DNA of 64,000 bases, from the NCBI GenBank assembly GCA_031425235.1, contig JANPIZ010000006.1, positions 30,803 to 94,802 of the forward strand. The letters are read 5' to 3'. The notes under the pieces are model-generated. The model saw only the letters and a list, made by a program, of their open reading frames with translations. It ran no database searches and was not told the DNA's origin. The position numbers and the translations under genes are program-made. Shown one piece after another: positions 1 through 10,129 of the stretch (positions are counted from its first letter, which is position 1; each line of letters begins with the position of its first letter). Source of the stretch: Candidatus Nomurabacteria bacterium. GTDB taxonomy: Bacteria > Patescibacteriota > Minisyncoccia > Phycocordibacterales > UBA9973.

Positions 1-213
1 TTTGAAGACGGCGAAATACGGGGACATTATGAATATACTCCCGAAGCACATCCGATAGCTCATTTTGATGAAAAAGGTGAAACATTTCGAAAGGATGATT
101 TCTTGAAATTTTTAGGCGAATTTGTGACTGATCAAAAAAACCCTATGCATTTAACAATCGACCCAGATGCCTATAATCCAGATTCTGAAATTTCTTTTGA
201 GGGTACGAAGTAA
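1..213 (+). CDS. 3' end of unidentified CDS (partial, starts upstream of window)
   Basis: Open frame from position 1 to TAA at 211-213 (…DPDAYNPDSEISFEGTK*); convergent with next gene. Confidence 0.4.
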   Translation, partial: FEDGEIRGHYEYTPEAHPIAHFDEKGETFRKDDFLKFLGEFVTDQKNPMHLTIDPDAYNPDSEISFEGTK

Positions 214-257
214 ACTCTTTCTTGGCATACTTTCTAAAAAGCACACCTGCAACAAGT

Positions 258-1457
258 TTACTTTATTTTAGATTCTGGCAAAACAAGGTCCCATAGTTTT
301 CCAGCTACATTTACTGGTTTACCAAAAAGGGGATAGTGATGAAGATCAATAAATGGTAAACTATTGCATTCGATAATGCCACAGTGTTGCTCCTCCTTCC
401 AGGATTTCGTAATATCTTCCATTATAAAATCAACTCCGATAAGGGGATCATTCAAAAACTTTCCGACATGCTCAAGCATGGCTTTATTTTCTGGGTGGGC
501 AATCTCAGTTACTTCGGTGGTTGTGCCGCCACAGCCACGGCTTGTCTTTTGTGAAAAGGTTACTATTCTTCCTTTTTCCGGTATATCGGCAAGCGTTATG
601 TTTTGCCGTTTTAGTTCTTCTTCAGCTTCTTTATCTATTTTTATTTTATGAAATATTGGACCACCGCGCTCTGGTCTTTTATTTTCTGCATCTAAAAGCT
701 CTTGCACTGTATGTATGGTGTCCCCGAGTACTTCTGGTTGGTCACGCTTGACCACTCCTACTAGTTTCCCGTCTATGAGCGTGCCTCGAAAAAGAAATCC
801 ACGAAGTTCTTCCTCAATGATTACAAGAGGTGAAAGCTTTTTAGCTTTCTTGAATCCAATTTTCAGTTCATCTACTGTATTCATGTGGATCATAGTGTGG
901 CGACTGCGGGAACCCAAGTTTGGCTTGGTTATAACAGGTTTTGTGATTCGATTAAATATGTTGAGCGCTCCGCGCCACGTAAAAGCTATCCCTCCATCAG
1001 CAACAGGCAAGCCTTCTTTCTTGAATTTTGTTTTCATAATACCCTTGTTGTCCATCCATTTGAGAGCGGGAGATGTTTGTGTGGTTGGTCGCGGTAGTCC
1101 ATCGAACAGGATTACTTTCTTCTTTTTACCTTCTCCGTATTCTGCGACAAAGCTGTTGTCGACAAAACCTAAATGAAATTCTCGCATTCGTATTCCACGC
1201 CTCTTGGCTTCTTCCCAAAAACATCGGGTACGATAGCTGTCTTTTGCTTCTGGCTCATAGGAAAAACGGCCTAGTTTCAAGAACACCATGAGATTGAAAA
1301 AAGGCAAGGAAAGGTAATCAGCTATCCTGTCAGCACTATTTTTAAAAATCATTTCCATGAAATTAAAAAAAGGCTCATCGATCCAACCCATAACAACCGA
1401 AGTATAGGCAACAAAATGGCTTTCCTGAGCCGGCTCACAATCTTTACAATGTTTCAT
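258..1457 (-). CDS. ATP-grasp family ligase-like protein
   Basis: 399-aa ORF; Lys/Gly-rich ATP-binding segments and fold pattern reminiscent of ATP-grasp (RimK/cyanophycin-synthetase-like) enzymes; assignment by eye only. Confidence 0.45.
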   Translation of the reverse strand: MKHCKDCEPAQESHFVAYTSVVMGWIDEPFFNFMEMIFKNSADRIADYLSLPFFNLMVFLKLGRFSYEPEAKDSYRTRCFWEEAKRRGIRMREFHLGFVDNSFVAEYGEGKKKKVILFDGLPRPTTQTSPALKWMDNKGIMKTKFKKEGLPVADGGIAFTWRGALNIFNRITKPVITKPNLGSRSRHTMIHMNTVDELKIGFKKAKKLSPLVIIEEELRGFLFRGTLIDGKLVGVVKRDQPEVLGDTIHTVQELLDAENKRPERGGPIFHKIKIDKEAEEELKRQNITLADIPEKGRIVTFSQKTSRGCGGTTTEVTEIAHPENKAMLEHVGKFLNDPLIGVDFIMEDITKSWKEEQHCGIIECNSLPFIDLHHYPLFGKPVNVAGKLWDLVLPESKIK

Positions 1458-1508
1458 GGCATTCAGTATACCAGTTTTGTTTTTGGATTAAAATGGTAGT
1501 ATTAAGCA

Positions 1509-2543
1509 ATGGAGAAATTTTCAGTAAAAAATAAGCTCGAAGAAAATGAGTCTAAAAGTGGATTGAATGAACTTTTCGCAGCATTAGGTTGTGCTGATTT
1601 AGAATCTTTTTATAAAAAATACCAACCATCAATTTTAAAAAAGTTTACTAATCTTGCCATAAACGCAGGGCTGCATAACCCTCAAGTTATCGCTGAGGAT
1701 TTAACAAGTGATTTTTTCGTAAAAAAGCTAACAATAGAAAAAGTTAAATTCGATAAAGAAAAAATGGTAGACGAACATGGAGCTGAAGCATTTGTACATA
1801 GAATAGCACGGAATTATTTTATTGATTACATTAGAAAATATAATATAACTGAAAAAAAAGGGTTTTCAACAGAAGAAGAAGGTGTTCCCGAACCCAGATC
1901 TTGCAAATTAAATCCCTTAGAGGAGTTAGAGCTAAAGCAAGATAAACAAATTTTAACTCAATCATTCAATATACTCCCAAATAAGATGAGAGCAATCTTA
2001 AAGGCTCGTTTCATAGAAGATCTAGATTATGTAGAAATCGCCGAAAAGCTGGGGATACCCTTAGGGACAGTAAAAAATAATATTAATCGGGGTAAACTTC
2101 TGCTTAGAAAAAGAATAAAGAATCCAGCACTAATTAAAAAAATAATTTTAACGAAAGAAAATCCCATATCTCAACCTAAAGATATTAAAAAAACACTCTC
2201 TAATAAGTTAACTTCTAAAAATACTATTATAAAAAATAATTTTCAACAAGATTCGATTTCACTAAAAGTTAATAAAGAAAATATAGAAAAAGAGGAAGAA
2301 ACACACCTATCACCAGCTTCAATGCTAAGTATTAACCCAGAAGAGTTTAAGAGAATTAGAAATAATTTATCAGAACAGCAAAACCTAGCACTCCAACTGA
2401 TTTACGAAAAAAAGATTTACAATGATATAGAAAAACTTGCAGAAATATTAGATTGTGAGCCTGAAGAGGTTGGACACATAGCTAAATTAGCGAGAGAAAA
2501 TTTTGAAAGAATTCAGAAAAATGAATCTTTATTGAAATCTTAA
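1509..2543 (+). CDS. sigma-70 region-4-like DNA-binding protein with long Lys/Asn-rich C-terminal extension
   Basis: Motif ILKARFIEDLDYVEIAEKLGIPLGTVKNNINRGKLLLRKRI matches sigma-70 region 4 HTH. Confidence 0.5.
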   Translation: MEKFSVKNKLEENESKSGLNELFAALGCADLESFYKKYQPSILKKFTNLAINAGLHNPQVIAEDLTSDFFVKKLTIEKVKFDKEKMVDEHGAEAFVHRIARNYFIDYIRKYNITEKKGFSTEEEGVPEPRSCKLNPLEELELKQDKQILTQSFNILPNKMRAILKARFIEDLDYVEIAEKLGIPLGTVKNNINRGKLLLRKRIKNPALIKKIILTKENPISQPKDIKKTLSNKLTSKNTIIKNNFQQDSISLKVNKENIEKEEETHLSPASMLSINPEEFKRIRNNLSEQQNLALQLIYEKKIYNDIEKLAEILDCEPEEVGHIAKLARENFERIQKNESLLKS

Positions 2544-3208
2544 TGAGCAACCGTAAAAGCAATGACTTTTCTTGCCCCCGCAGCCTTGAGGACTTTTTTC
2601 GCTTCAGATAGCGTGGCACCAGTGGTGAGGATGTCGTCTATTAGTATTATATTTCTTTTGTATACTATGTTTTCTTTACTAGCTTGTATTCCGAACGATC
2701 CGACAATGTTTTGCAAACGTTCTCGGCGGTTTCGAATACGTGCTTGATGTTCCACATCTTTTATTTTTATTAAGACATCATTTGCGAGAGTAAAATTTAT
2801 ATTATTATCAATCTTTACCAATTCTTCCGCTATTAACTCAGCTTGGTTGTATCCTCGCTCGCGGTACCTCTTTTTTGAAAGAGGAATAGGTATAAGGAGT
2901 GGCTCACGAAAATTTTCCATAATACTTAATTCCGAGAGTTCTTCTATAATTTTGCCATAGAGCACCTGAGCAAATGTGTGGCCGAGTTGTTTCTTGTTTT
3001 TATATTTTAAAAGCCACAAGGCTTTTTTGACGGGAGGATGTCGGTAGTCGAACAGAGGTGATACCCATGGCAGACCCTCGCGTTCGGCGGCCGGCGAATC
3101 AGCCAAACATGGAATACATAGGTAGGAACCTCGCTCCTTACAACCCATACAATAGATAGGAAAAAGAGTATCAAGCGCTCCAGATAGTATAGTGTTTAAA
3201 AAAGTCAT
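2540..3208 (-). CDS. comF: ComF-family competence protein (phosphoribosyltransferase domain)
   Basis: N-terminal Cys4 zinc finger (CMGC…CIPC) plus C-terminal PRTase motif ILIDDILTTGATL; typical ComFC architecture. Confidence 0.75.
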   Translation of the reverse strand: MTFLNTILSGALDTLFPIYCMGCKERGSYLCIPCLADSPAAEREGLPWVSPLFDYRHPPVKKALWLLKYKNKKQLGHTFAQVLYGKIIEELSELSIMENFREPLLIPIPLSKKRYRERGYNQAELIAEELVKIDNNINFTLANDVLIKIKDVEHQARIRNRRERLQNIVGSFGIQASKENIVYKRNIILIDDILTTGATLSEAKKVLKAAGARKVIAFTVAH

Positions 3209-3280
3209 ATATGTTATACTTTAATAGCATTTTAGCATAAATTTTACTTGAAAAATGGAATGATACATGCTAAGTAATAT

Positions 3281-4411
3281 ATGGATAATCCTTTTAAAAA
3301 AATTTTTGGCGATATAAGTAATCTCATAGACAATACCTCAAAAGATAGCGCTATCGGTGTCGATATTGGTTCTTCGGCCATCAAAATAGTTGAAATAAAA
3401 CGAAAAGGTAGTAAGGCTGTACTCGAAACATATGGGGCAATAGCACTCGGCCCTTATGACGGTCAAGATGCGGGTCGGGTCACAAATCTTCCCATTGAAA
3501 AAATTTCCGAAGCCCTAAGTGAAGTTTTAAAGCAATCAGGAGTTACTACTTCCGAAGGTGCTTTTTCTATTCCCGTTCAGTCCAGCTTGATCTTTACGAT
3601 TAGCCTACCTTCACAAATAAAAAAAAATGATATGGATAATATTGTTTCTACTGAAGCTCGCAAATATATTCCAGTGCCAATCGGAGAAGTATCAATAGAT
3701 TATTTTATTTTGCCAAAGAAAGAGCCTTCTTTTGAACAAATGAATAACCCTGATTTTGCAGCTGTGTCAAATGAGAAGATAAACGTCTTGGTAGTGGCCA
3801 CGCAAAATGACGCAGTTTCTAAATACCGCTCTATTGTTTCTGGGTCCAGCCTTAAATCGTCTTTTTTTGAAATTGAAATATTTTCTTCAATTCGTTCAAA
3901 TTTTGAACATGAGCTTTCACCCGTGCTCCTCATGGACTTTGGTGCATCACGGACTAAACTTTCAATAGTGGAATTTGGTATGGTAAAAAGTTACCACACT
4001 ATCGAGCGCGGCGGAGCTGACATCAGTGATTCAATTTCAAAAGGCTTGAGTATTCCGTTCGCGGAAGCAGAGAAAATGAAAAAAGAATTTGGACTTTTTG
4101 GCAATCCTACCGAGCAAAATCTATCTGACATTATAAAAATTCATATGGACTATATTTTTTCTGAAGCGAATAATGTTTTGTTAAGCTACGAAAAGAATTA
4201 TGATCGGATTATTAGTAAGGTAATATTTACGGGAGGCGGAGCCCTCATGAAAGGACTTCCGGAAGTGGCTGCGAGTAATTTTAAGGCTGACATAGAGATA
4301 GGACATCCTTTTTCAAAAATAAACGCGCCGGCTTTTTTAGAAAAAGTTTTACTCATCATGGGCCCCGAATTTGCTGTGGCTCTCGGCCTTGCCTTGCGCA
4401 AGTTGCAATAG
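3281..4411 (+). CDS. pilM: type IV pilus assembly protein PilM (actin-like ATPase fold)
   Basis: 376 aa; GVDIGSSAIKIVEI N-terminus, FGASRTKLS, GGGA motifs; first gene of pil cluster. Confidence 0.8.
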   Translation: MDNPFKKIFGDISNLIDNTSKDSAIGVDIGSSAIKIVEIKRKGSKAVLETYGAIALGPYDGQDAGRVTNLPIEKISEALSEVLKQSGVTTSEGAFSIPVQSSLIFTISLPSQIKKNDMDNIVSTEARKYIPVPIGEVSIDYFILPKKEPSFEQMNNPDFAAVSNEKINVLVVATQNDAVSKYRSIVSGSSLKSSFFEIEIFSSIRSNFEHELSPVLLMDFGASRTKLSIVEFGMVKSYHTIERGGADISDSISKGLSIPFAEAEKMKKEFGLFGNPTEQNLSDIIKIHMDYIFSEANNVLLSYEKNYDRIISKVIFTGGGALMKGLPEVAASNFKADIEIGHPFSKINAPAFLEKVLLIMGPEFAVALGLALRKLQ

Positions 4412-4427
4412 GTGAGGTAATAAAAAG

Positions 4428-4934
4428 ATGAACCAAGAAGCATTTCAACAAAATCAGCAGGAAGAACGAGAGATCCAAGAAAAAGTTGAATCTATTATAA
4501 GTAATAATTTCACTTTCAATAAATTTTACACTCCAAAAGAAATTAAAGAACTGTTTGGTTATGAGGTTACAAAATTAGTAAAATATTTAAATAATATGGG
4601 CGTCGCAGCGAAGGAAGTACCAAATGGTACTATAATACTAACTGACACAGAGGCAAAGTTTGAAAAAAAATCTGAACACATAACAAGTTTTTCTAAAGAA
4701 GAAGAATGGCATACAGTCAACTATTTAAATAGTCTATATCACAACGAACCATTTGAGGCTGAAAATTTATTTCCACTCATAAAGAAAAATGAATCTTTTA
4801 AAACTCAAACGCTTAAAGATCTCAATGCCCTTCTGGAATCCTTGAGAAAAGACGGGATGTTAGAAATTTATGGTGATAGTTATAAGGTTTTTCCTAGGTG
4901 GGATATCATTTTTAATGATAAATGGGGGAAATAA
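4428..4934 (+). CDS. hypothetical protein
   Basis: 168-aa ORF between pilM and pilN-like gene; no recognisable motif. Confidence 0.4.
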   Translation: MNQEAFQQNQQEEREIQEKVESIISNNFTFNKFYTPKEIKELFGYEVTKLVKYLNNMGVAAKEVPNGTIILTDTEAKFEKKSEHITSFSKEEEWHTVNYLNSLYHNEPFEAENLFPLIKKNESFKTQTLKDLNALLESLRKDGMLEIYGDSYKVFPRWDIIFNDKWGK

Positions 4935-5016
4935 ATAAGAAAAGTATTGAAAACCCGGTAAAGTTATACACAATTTGCTTCATTTAAATTTTCTTTTGTA
5001 ATATAATATAAGAAGC

Positions 5017-5652
5017 ATGGAGCAAAATTTTCAAACATCCTTTATACCAAAGAAACCAATGGTGAAAGAGTACTCAGCAGGTCCACGACCTATAGGTTTG
5101 TTGACCATTGTTTCGCTTTTTATTTTGTTCACGGTTCTCTTAACTTCCGGTGGTCTTTATTTTTATAAAGGCATAATGACAAAAAAAATTGCAACTATGA
5201 AAAGCGATCTTGAACGAGCCCAAAATCGCTTTGAGCCGGCAAAAATAAAAGAACTTCAAATTTTAGATAAACGCCTTACCTCAGCCAACCAAATTTTATC
5301 TAAGCATATAGCTATAAGTCCTATTTTTGAGGCACTCCAAGAAGTCACCATGAAAAGTGTTCGCTACACTAAGTTCGGTTACGACTTCGGTGAGGGTAGG
5401 GATGCCAAAATAAATATTAAAATGTCCGGAGTTACCTTGGGCTATAGTTTCCTCGCATTGCAGTCTGACCTCTTTGCGACAAACAAGAATTTTATTGATC
5501 CCGTATTTTCAAATCTGGCATTGACTGAAAATGGTAATGTTACATTTGATTTAAATTTTTCAGTTGATCCAGCATTTGTCGATTATAAAGTTATGCTCTT
5601 AACAAACGAACAAGAGAATAACGCAGAAAACATAGAACCAATCACACAATAA
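5017..5652 (+). CDS. pilN: PilN-like type IV pilus assembly protein
   Basis: Short cytoplasmic N-terminus, single TM helix (LLTIVSLFILFTVLLTSGGLYFY), coiled-coil; positioned after pilM. Confidence 0.55.
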   Translation: MEQNFQTSFIPKKPMVKEYSAGPRPIGLLTIVSLFILFTVLLTSGGLYFYKGIMTKKIATMKSDLERAQNRFEPAKIKELQILDKRLTSANQILSKHIAISPIFEALQEVTMKSVRYTKFGYDFGEGRDAKINIKMSGVTLGYSFLALQSDLFATNKNFIDPVFSNLALTENGNVTFDLNFSVDPAFVDYKVMLLTNEQENNAENIEPITQ

Positions 5653-5653
5653 T

Positions 5654-6238
5654 ATGACCAGATTTATAATGCCGATTATTTTCATAGCAATTGCAGTCAC
5701 TGGTTTTTTGATGTTCACGAAGCCTATATATGAAGACATAACGGTCCTTCGAGCTGACGCAAGTAGTTACGACGAAGCCCTTAGTAATTCTAAAGCGCTT
5801 GAAAATGAGCGAGATAAACTGACTTCAAAATATAACGCGATCAGTAAAGAAGATTTAGACAAACTGCAAAAGCTTTTACCAGACAATATCGACAACATTC
5901 GTTTGATTTTAGAAATAGGTAAGATAGCATCTCCCTATGCCATGGTACTGAGAGATGTAAAATACAATGCAACAGAATCACAATCAAGCGCTGGAATGGT
6001 GGCGCAAGCGGGAGGAGCGCAAACGCCAACGCAAAAGGACTATAAAATTTTAGATATGGAATTTTCTGTCACGGGTACGTACAGTAATTTTATTAATTTT
6101 ACCAAAGATCTCGAAAGCAACTTACGAATCGTAGACATATCCTCAGTTGTCTTTTCCTCAGATGGAGATGCAAAAAGTAACCCATCTGGAGCATACAAGT
6201 ATAATTTTAAAATTAAAACATACTGGTTAAAAAGTTAA
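5654..6238 (+). CDS. pilO: PilO-like type IV pilus assembly protein
   Basis: N-terminal TM helix followed by coiled-coil region; gene order pilM-N-O. Confidence 0.5.
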   Translation: MTRFIMPIIFIAIAVTGFLMFTKPIYEDITVLRADASSYDEALSNSKALENERDKLTSKYNAISKEDLDKLQKLLPDNIDNIRLILEIGKIASPYAMVLRDVKYNATESQSSAGMVAQAGGAQTPTQKDYKILDMEFSVTGTYSNFINFTKDLESNLRIVDISSVVFSSDGDAKSNPSGAYKYNFKIKTYWLKS

Positions 6239-6255
6239 AATCCAATAATAATACA

Positions 6256-6705
6256 ATGCTAAAACCCAAAAACATTATAATATTTGTAGCCATCGGAGCA
6301 GTACTTGTTTTGATCTATATATTTTTTATAAAACCAGCACCGGAAGAAGCTGGGCTCGTTTCAACCTCTACAGACAAAAGCGGAATAACTGGAAGTCCAA
6401 ACACATCAGGTGAAGATTCTCTTGGTGCTAAAAATTTCCTATCAATTTTACTGAATGTAAAGAACATAAAATTAGATGATAGTATTTTTTCTGACATAGC
6501 TTTCAGCACACTGCGTGATTCTAGTATTATTCTTACTCCTGATGGCACCGAGGGGCGACCAAATCCATTTGCGCCGATAGGTATCGACAAAGCTACGCTG
6601 CCTACTAATGTTCCTACGACTTCTTCTGCCGCTTCCTCAAATCAGCAACTGCCTTCAACATCCACCTCCACTCCATCGCTCGGAGCACCAAGTGTTGTAA
6701 ACTAA
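6256..6705 (+). CDS. membrane-anchored Ser/Thr-rich protein (possible PilP-like pilus assembly component)
   Basis: N-terminal TM helix; low-complexity S/T/P-rich C-terminus; within pil operon. Confidence 0.4.
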   Translation: MLKPKNIIIFVAIGAVLVLIYIFFIKPAPEEAGLVSTSTDKSGITGSPNTSGEDSLGAKNFLSILLNVKNIKLDDSIFSDIAFSTLRDSSIILTPDGTEGRPNPFAPIGIDKATLPTNVPTTSSAASSNQQLPSTSTSTPSLGAPSVVN

Positions 6706-6709
6706 TATT

Positions 6710-8467
6710 ATGAGTTTTCTAGAAGCATTAGCACAAAAGGCCCTCATAAAAGAGAGCCAAATAAGCGAAATTAAAATTCGCGCCAACGAAAAGTATAAAG
6801 GAGATATCTCTAAAGTTTTATTGGAATTAGGAGTCCCAGAGGAAAAAATTCTCCAAGAAAGGGGAAAATATCTTAATATACCTATTGAAAAAGTAAATAT
6901 CAAAGAAATGGTTTTTGATCTTCTGAAATACATTTCCGAAGACTCAGCCCTGCATTATCGTTTTGCCCCAATTGCACTTGTGGACGGAGTGTTGCATGTA
7001 GGCGTGACTGATCCCGAAAATGTGCAAGCTATGGATGCACTTCAGTTTATCTCCACAAAAATCGGCCTGCCCTTTAAAATTTTTTTAATATCAGAAACTG
7101 ACTACCAAGCTGTTCTTGATGTATATAAAGGTATGTCAAACCAAGTCGCCGACGCGCTTGAAGAGCTTGATGAGGGAGAGACATCTAATTTAAATAAAAT
7201 AAGCCAAGAAAATCTAAACAAAGAGATAGATAATATAAAAGGGAGCACCGAAGAAAAAATAGTCGAAGACGCTCCAGTGATAAAAATAGTGGCAGTTATA
7301 TTACGTAATGCGATCGAAGGAGGAGCTTCTGATATCCATATCGAACACACAGGAGAAAAAGTAAAAGTTCGTTTTCGAGTCGATGGTGCTTTGTATACTT
7401 CGATTATATTACCTATCAATGTGTATAGTGGAGTTGTTGCTCGTGTGAAAATTTTAGCCAAGCTCCGACTTGATGAAAAACGAAAACCACAAGACGGAGC
7501 TTTTAGTGCAAACATAGATGAACACAAAATTGATTTTCGTGTCTCTACGATGCCAGCATATTATGGGGAAAAAGTAGTTATTCGTATCCTTGATCCAGGG
7601 AAGGGGGTTAAATCCTTGGATCAGCTCAATTTGTCCGACGCCAATCTGAAGATGATTCGTGAAGCCCTCTCCAAGCCATACGGCATGATACTTATCACGG
7701 GTCCTACGGGTTCCGGTAAATCGACTACTCTGTATTCAATGATGAACGAACTCGATCGTGAAAAAAACAATGTGGTTTCACTTGAAGACCCTGTGGAATA
7801 TCACATGCCTGATGTAAGTCAGTCGCAGGTTATGCCGGAGATCGGGTACACTTTTGCGGTAGGTCTCCGCTCAATAGTGCGTCAAGACCCTGATATTATT
7901 ATGGTTGGAGAAATTCGTGACAAGGAAACAGCTCAGCTTGCTATACAGGCTGCGCTGACGGGGCATCTAGTCTTGTCGACCTTACATACGAATAGTGCCA
8001 TAGGTGCTATTCCTCGATTGGTAGATATGGGAATTGATCCGTACCTTATCGCGCCGACACTTATCATATCAATAGCGCAGAGACTTGCTTTACTGACGTG
8101 TGAAAACTCACGCAAGCGTGTGCCAATGGATCCAAGTATTAAGTTGCAAATGGATGAACTCACAAAAGATTTACCTGATCAATTTAAGAAAGAAATTATC
8201 GAGCTTGAACGTAAAAATGAAATGTATGAAATAGTTCCATCGGAGGATTGTCCTTCGGGTACGCGCGGCCGAGTAGCAGTGTTTGAAATGTTTACTGTTG
8301 ATAAAGAAATGCAAGCAGTTATTCTAAAAAATCCTACTAATGAAGCTATTTATGAAGTTGCCCGCAAAAAAGGGATGCTGACAATGAGAGAAGACGCCAT
8401 GCTTAAATCTCTCCAGGGGCTCATACCATTCAAAGAAGTATATAATTTTAGCAATGAGAGTGAATAA
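6710..8467 (+). CDS. pilB: type IV pilus assembly ATPase PilB (GspE family)
   Basis: 585 aa; Walker A GPTGSGKSTT, Asp box, His box, tetracysteine-like CPSG motif; GspE N-domain. Confidence 0.9.
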   Translation: MSFLEALAQKALIKESQISEIKIRANEKYKGDISKVLLELGVPEEKILQERGKYLNIPIEKVNIKEMVFDLLKYISEDSALHYRFAPIALVDGVLHVGVTDPENVQAMDALQFISTKIGLPFKIFLISETDYQAVLDVYKGMSNQVADALEELDEGETSNLNKISQENLNKEIDNIKGSTEEKIVEDAPVIKIVAVILRNAIEGGASDIHIEHTGEKVKVRFRVDGALYTSIILPINVYSGVVARVKILAKLRLDEKRKPQDGAFSANIDEHKIDFRVSTMPAYYGEKVVIRILDPGKGVKSLDQLNLSDANLKMIREALSKPYGMILITGPTGSGKSTTLYSMMNELDREKNNVVSLEDPVEYHMPDVSQSQVMPEIGYTFAVGLRSIVRQDPDIIMVGEIRDKETAQLAIQAALTGHLVLSTLHTNSAIGAIPRLVDMGIDPYLIAPTLIISIAQRLALLTCENSRKRVPMDPSIKLQMDELTKDLPDQFKKEIIELERKNEMYEIVPSEDCPSGTRGRVAVFEMFTVDKEMQAVILKNPTNEAIYEVARKKGMLTMREDAMLKSLQGLIPFKEVYNFSNESE

Positions 8468-8509
8468 TATTTTATATTAACCACTTGCACGGCTGGCATG
8501 TGTTTAAAG

Positions 8510-8518
8510 TTATCCACA
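8510..8518 (+). promoter_or_regulatory. perfect DnaA box (TTATCCACA) upstream of pilus-locus response regulator
   Basis: Exact consensus; adjacent to TTGCAC promoter-like hexamer. Confidence 0.35.
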
Positions 8519-8571
8519 CTCCCTCCTTTTAATACTGATTTTAATGGTTCATTATATAGTGTACTACCAAT

Positions 8572-8970
8572 ATGGAAGGAGAAAAGAAAAAAATCTTAAT
8601 AGTTGATGATGACAATTTTCTTTTAGATATGTATGCTCTCAAATTCAGCCAGAGCAGTTTTGAGGTTTATACTGCTCCGGGTGGCAAAGACGCCATTGAA
8701 AAACTTCAAGGAGGACTCGCGCCTGATGTTATTCTTATGGATATTATCATGCCAGAAATGGACGGTTTTGAAATGCTCGAAAAGATAAATAATGACAAAT
8801 TATCACCTCACTCAATAAAAATAATATTATCTAACAAAAGTGAACAACAAGACGTAGATCGAGGTAACTCTCTTGGGGTATCGGGATATATAGTTAAGGC
8901 AAACTCTACACCTCGTGAAGTTATCGAGCAAGTTGAGCATATTTTAGCGAGCAAAGTTGTAACTACCTAA
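8572..8970 (+). CDS. single-domain CheY-like response regulator (PilG/PilH-like)
   Basis: KILIVDDDNFLLDMY…DVILMDIIMPEMDGFEML receiver-domain signature; no output domain. Confidence 0.8.
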   Translation: MEGEKKKILIVDDDNFLLDMYALKFSQSSFEVYTAPGGKDAIEKLQGGLAPDVILMDIIMPEMDGFEMLEKINNDKLSPHSIKIILSNKSEQQDVDRGNSLGVSGYIVKANSTPREVIEQVEHILASKVVTT

Positions 8971-9050
8971 ACTGTACTTTTTTTGTAGCGTAAACATTCT
9001 AAACGAGTTATAATAACTTAGTATTAATAATTTAAATAACTTCTAATAGG

Positions 9051-10109
9051 ATGGATTATAAAAAAGTATTTGAAGATCTTGTGTTAACCATCATTAGGGA
9101 GGGTGGTTCTGATTTACACATAGGAACGAATCGCGTTCCTATCATTCGCGTGTCGGGTGAACTTATTTCTCTCGTCAAGCATCCCGTATTGACAGCCGAA
9201 GATATGTTTGGAATTTTGAATGTTATTTTAGATAAAAAAAGAGTTGATGCATTTGTAGCCGACCAAGAGCTTGATTTTTCGTATGATTTTCGCGGGGAAG
9301 CCCGCCTTCGAGGTAATGGATTTTTTCAGAAGGGTCTCATCAATGTTGTGTTTCGTCTTGTGCCAAAAGTAAAAACCCTCAAAGAATTACACCTTCCTCC
9401 AATACTAGAAGAAATTACTCGTAAGAAACAAGGATTTTTTCTCGTGGTAGGTCCAGTTGGACAAGGCAAGTCGACGACATTGTCGGCCATGGTGAATCTT
9501 ATCAACAATGAACAAGCTCGCCACATAGTAACTATTGAAGATCCTATTGAATATATTTATACACAAAATAAATCTATCATCAATCAGCGAGAAGTCGGCA
9601 TTGATACAAAAGATCCTCACGAGGCATTAAAGTCCGTTTTCCGTGAAGACGTCAATGTCATATTGATAGGAGAAATGCGTACACCAGAAACAATAGCAAC
9701 TGCTGTAACAGCCGCAGAGACAGGACATCTCGTGTTTTCAACATTGCATACTAATAATGCAGCACAGACTATCGACAGAATTATCGACTCATTCCCAGGC
9801 ACACAACAAGATCAGATACGTACTCAACTCTCCTCATCGTTGCTTGGCATTTTTTCCCAGAGACTTATTCCTCGAGTTACGGGGGGCTTGGTACCAGCAT
9901 ATGAATTACTTTTAAACAATAATGCAGTATCAAACTTGATTCGTGAAAAGCGCACACACGAAATAGATGTAGTGATTGAAACAGGAATGGAATCTGGTAT
10001 GGTCGACCTCAACCATTCATTAGTTGAGCTTGTCCGTGCCGGAGAAATATCAATAGAAAATGCTCGTGAGTATTCACTTAACCCTAAAGGGCTAGATCGT
10101 ATGGCGTAA
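9051..10109 (+). CDS. pilT: twitching motility retraction ATPase PilT
   Basis: 352 aa; Walker A GPVGQGKSTT; PilT-type His/Asp boxes; AIRNLIRE-like motif (AVSNLIREKR). Confidence 0.9.
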   Translation: MDYKKVFEDLVLTIIREGGSDLHIGTNRVPIIRVSGELISLVKHPVLTAEDMFGILNVILDKKRVDAFVADQELDFSYDFRGEARLRGNGFFQKGLINVVFRLVPKVKTLKELHLPPILEEITRKKQGFFLVVGPVGQGKSTTLSAMVNLINNEQARHIVTIEDPIEYIYTQNKSIINQREVGIDTKDPHEALKSVFREDVNVILIGEMRTPETIATAVTAAETGHLVFSTLHTNNAAQTIDRIIDSFPGTQQDQIRTQLSSSLLGIFSQRLIPRVTGGLVPAYELLLNNNAVSNLIREKRTHEIDVVIETGMESGMVDLNHSLVELVRAGEISIENAREYSLNPKGLDRMA

Positions 10110-10129
10110 TTAATTTAAAATAATAATGT

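Noticed and set aside
364-1291. Multiple + strand ORFs (364-651, 521-751, 715-1176, 885-1097, 1073-1291) overlapping the ATP-grasp gene
   Set aside because: These are antisense or frameshifted shadows of a long, motif-bearing minus-strand CDS.
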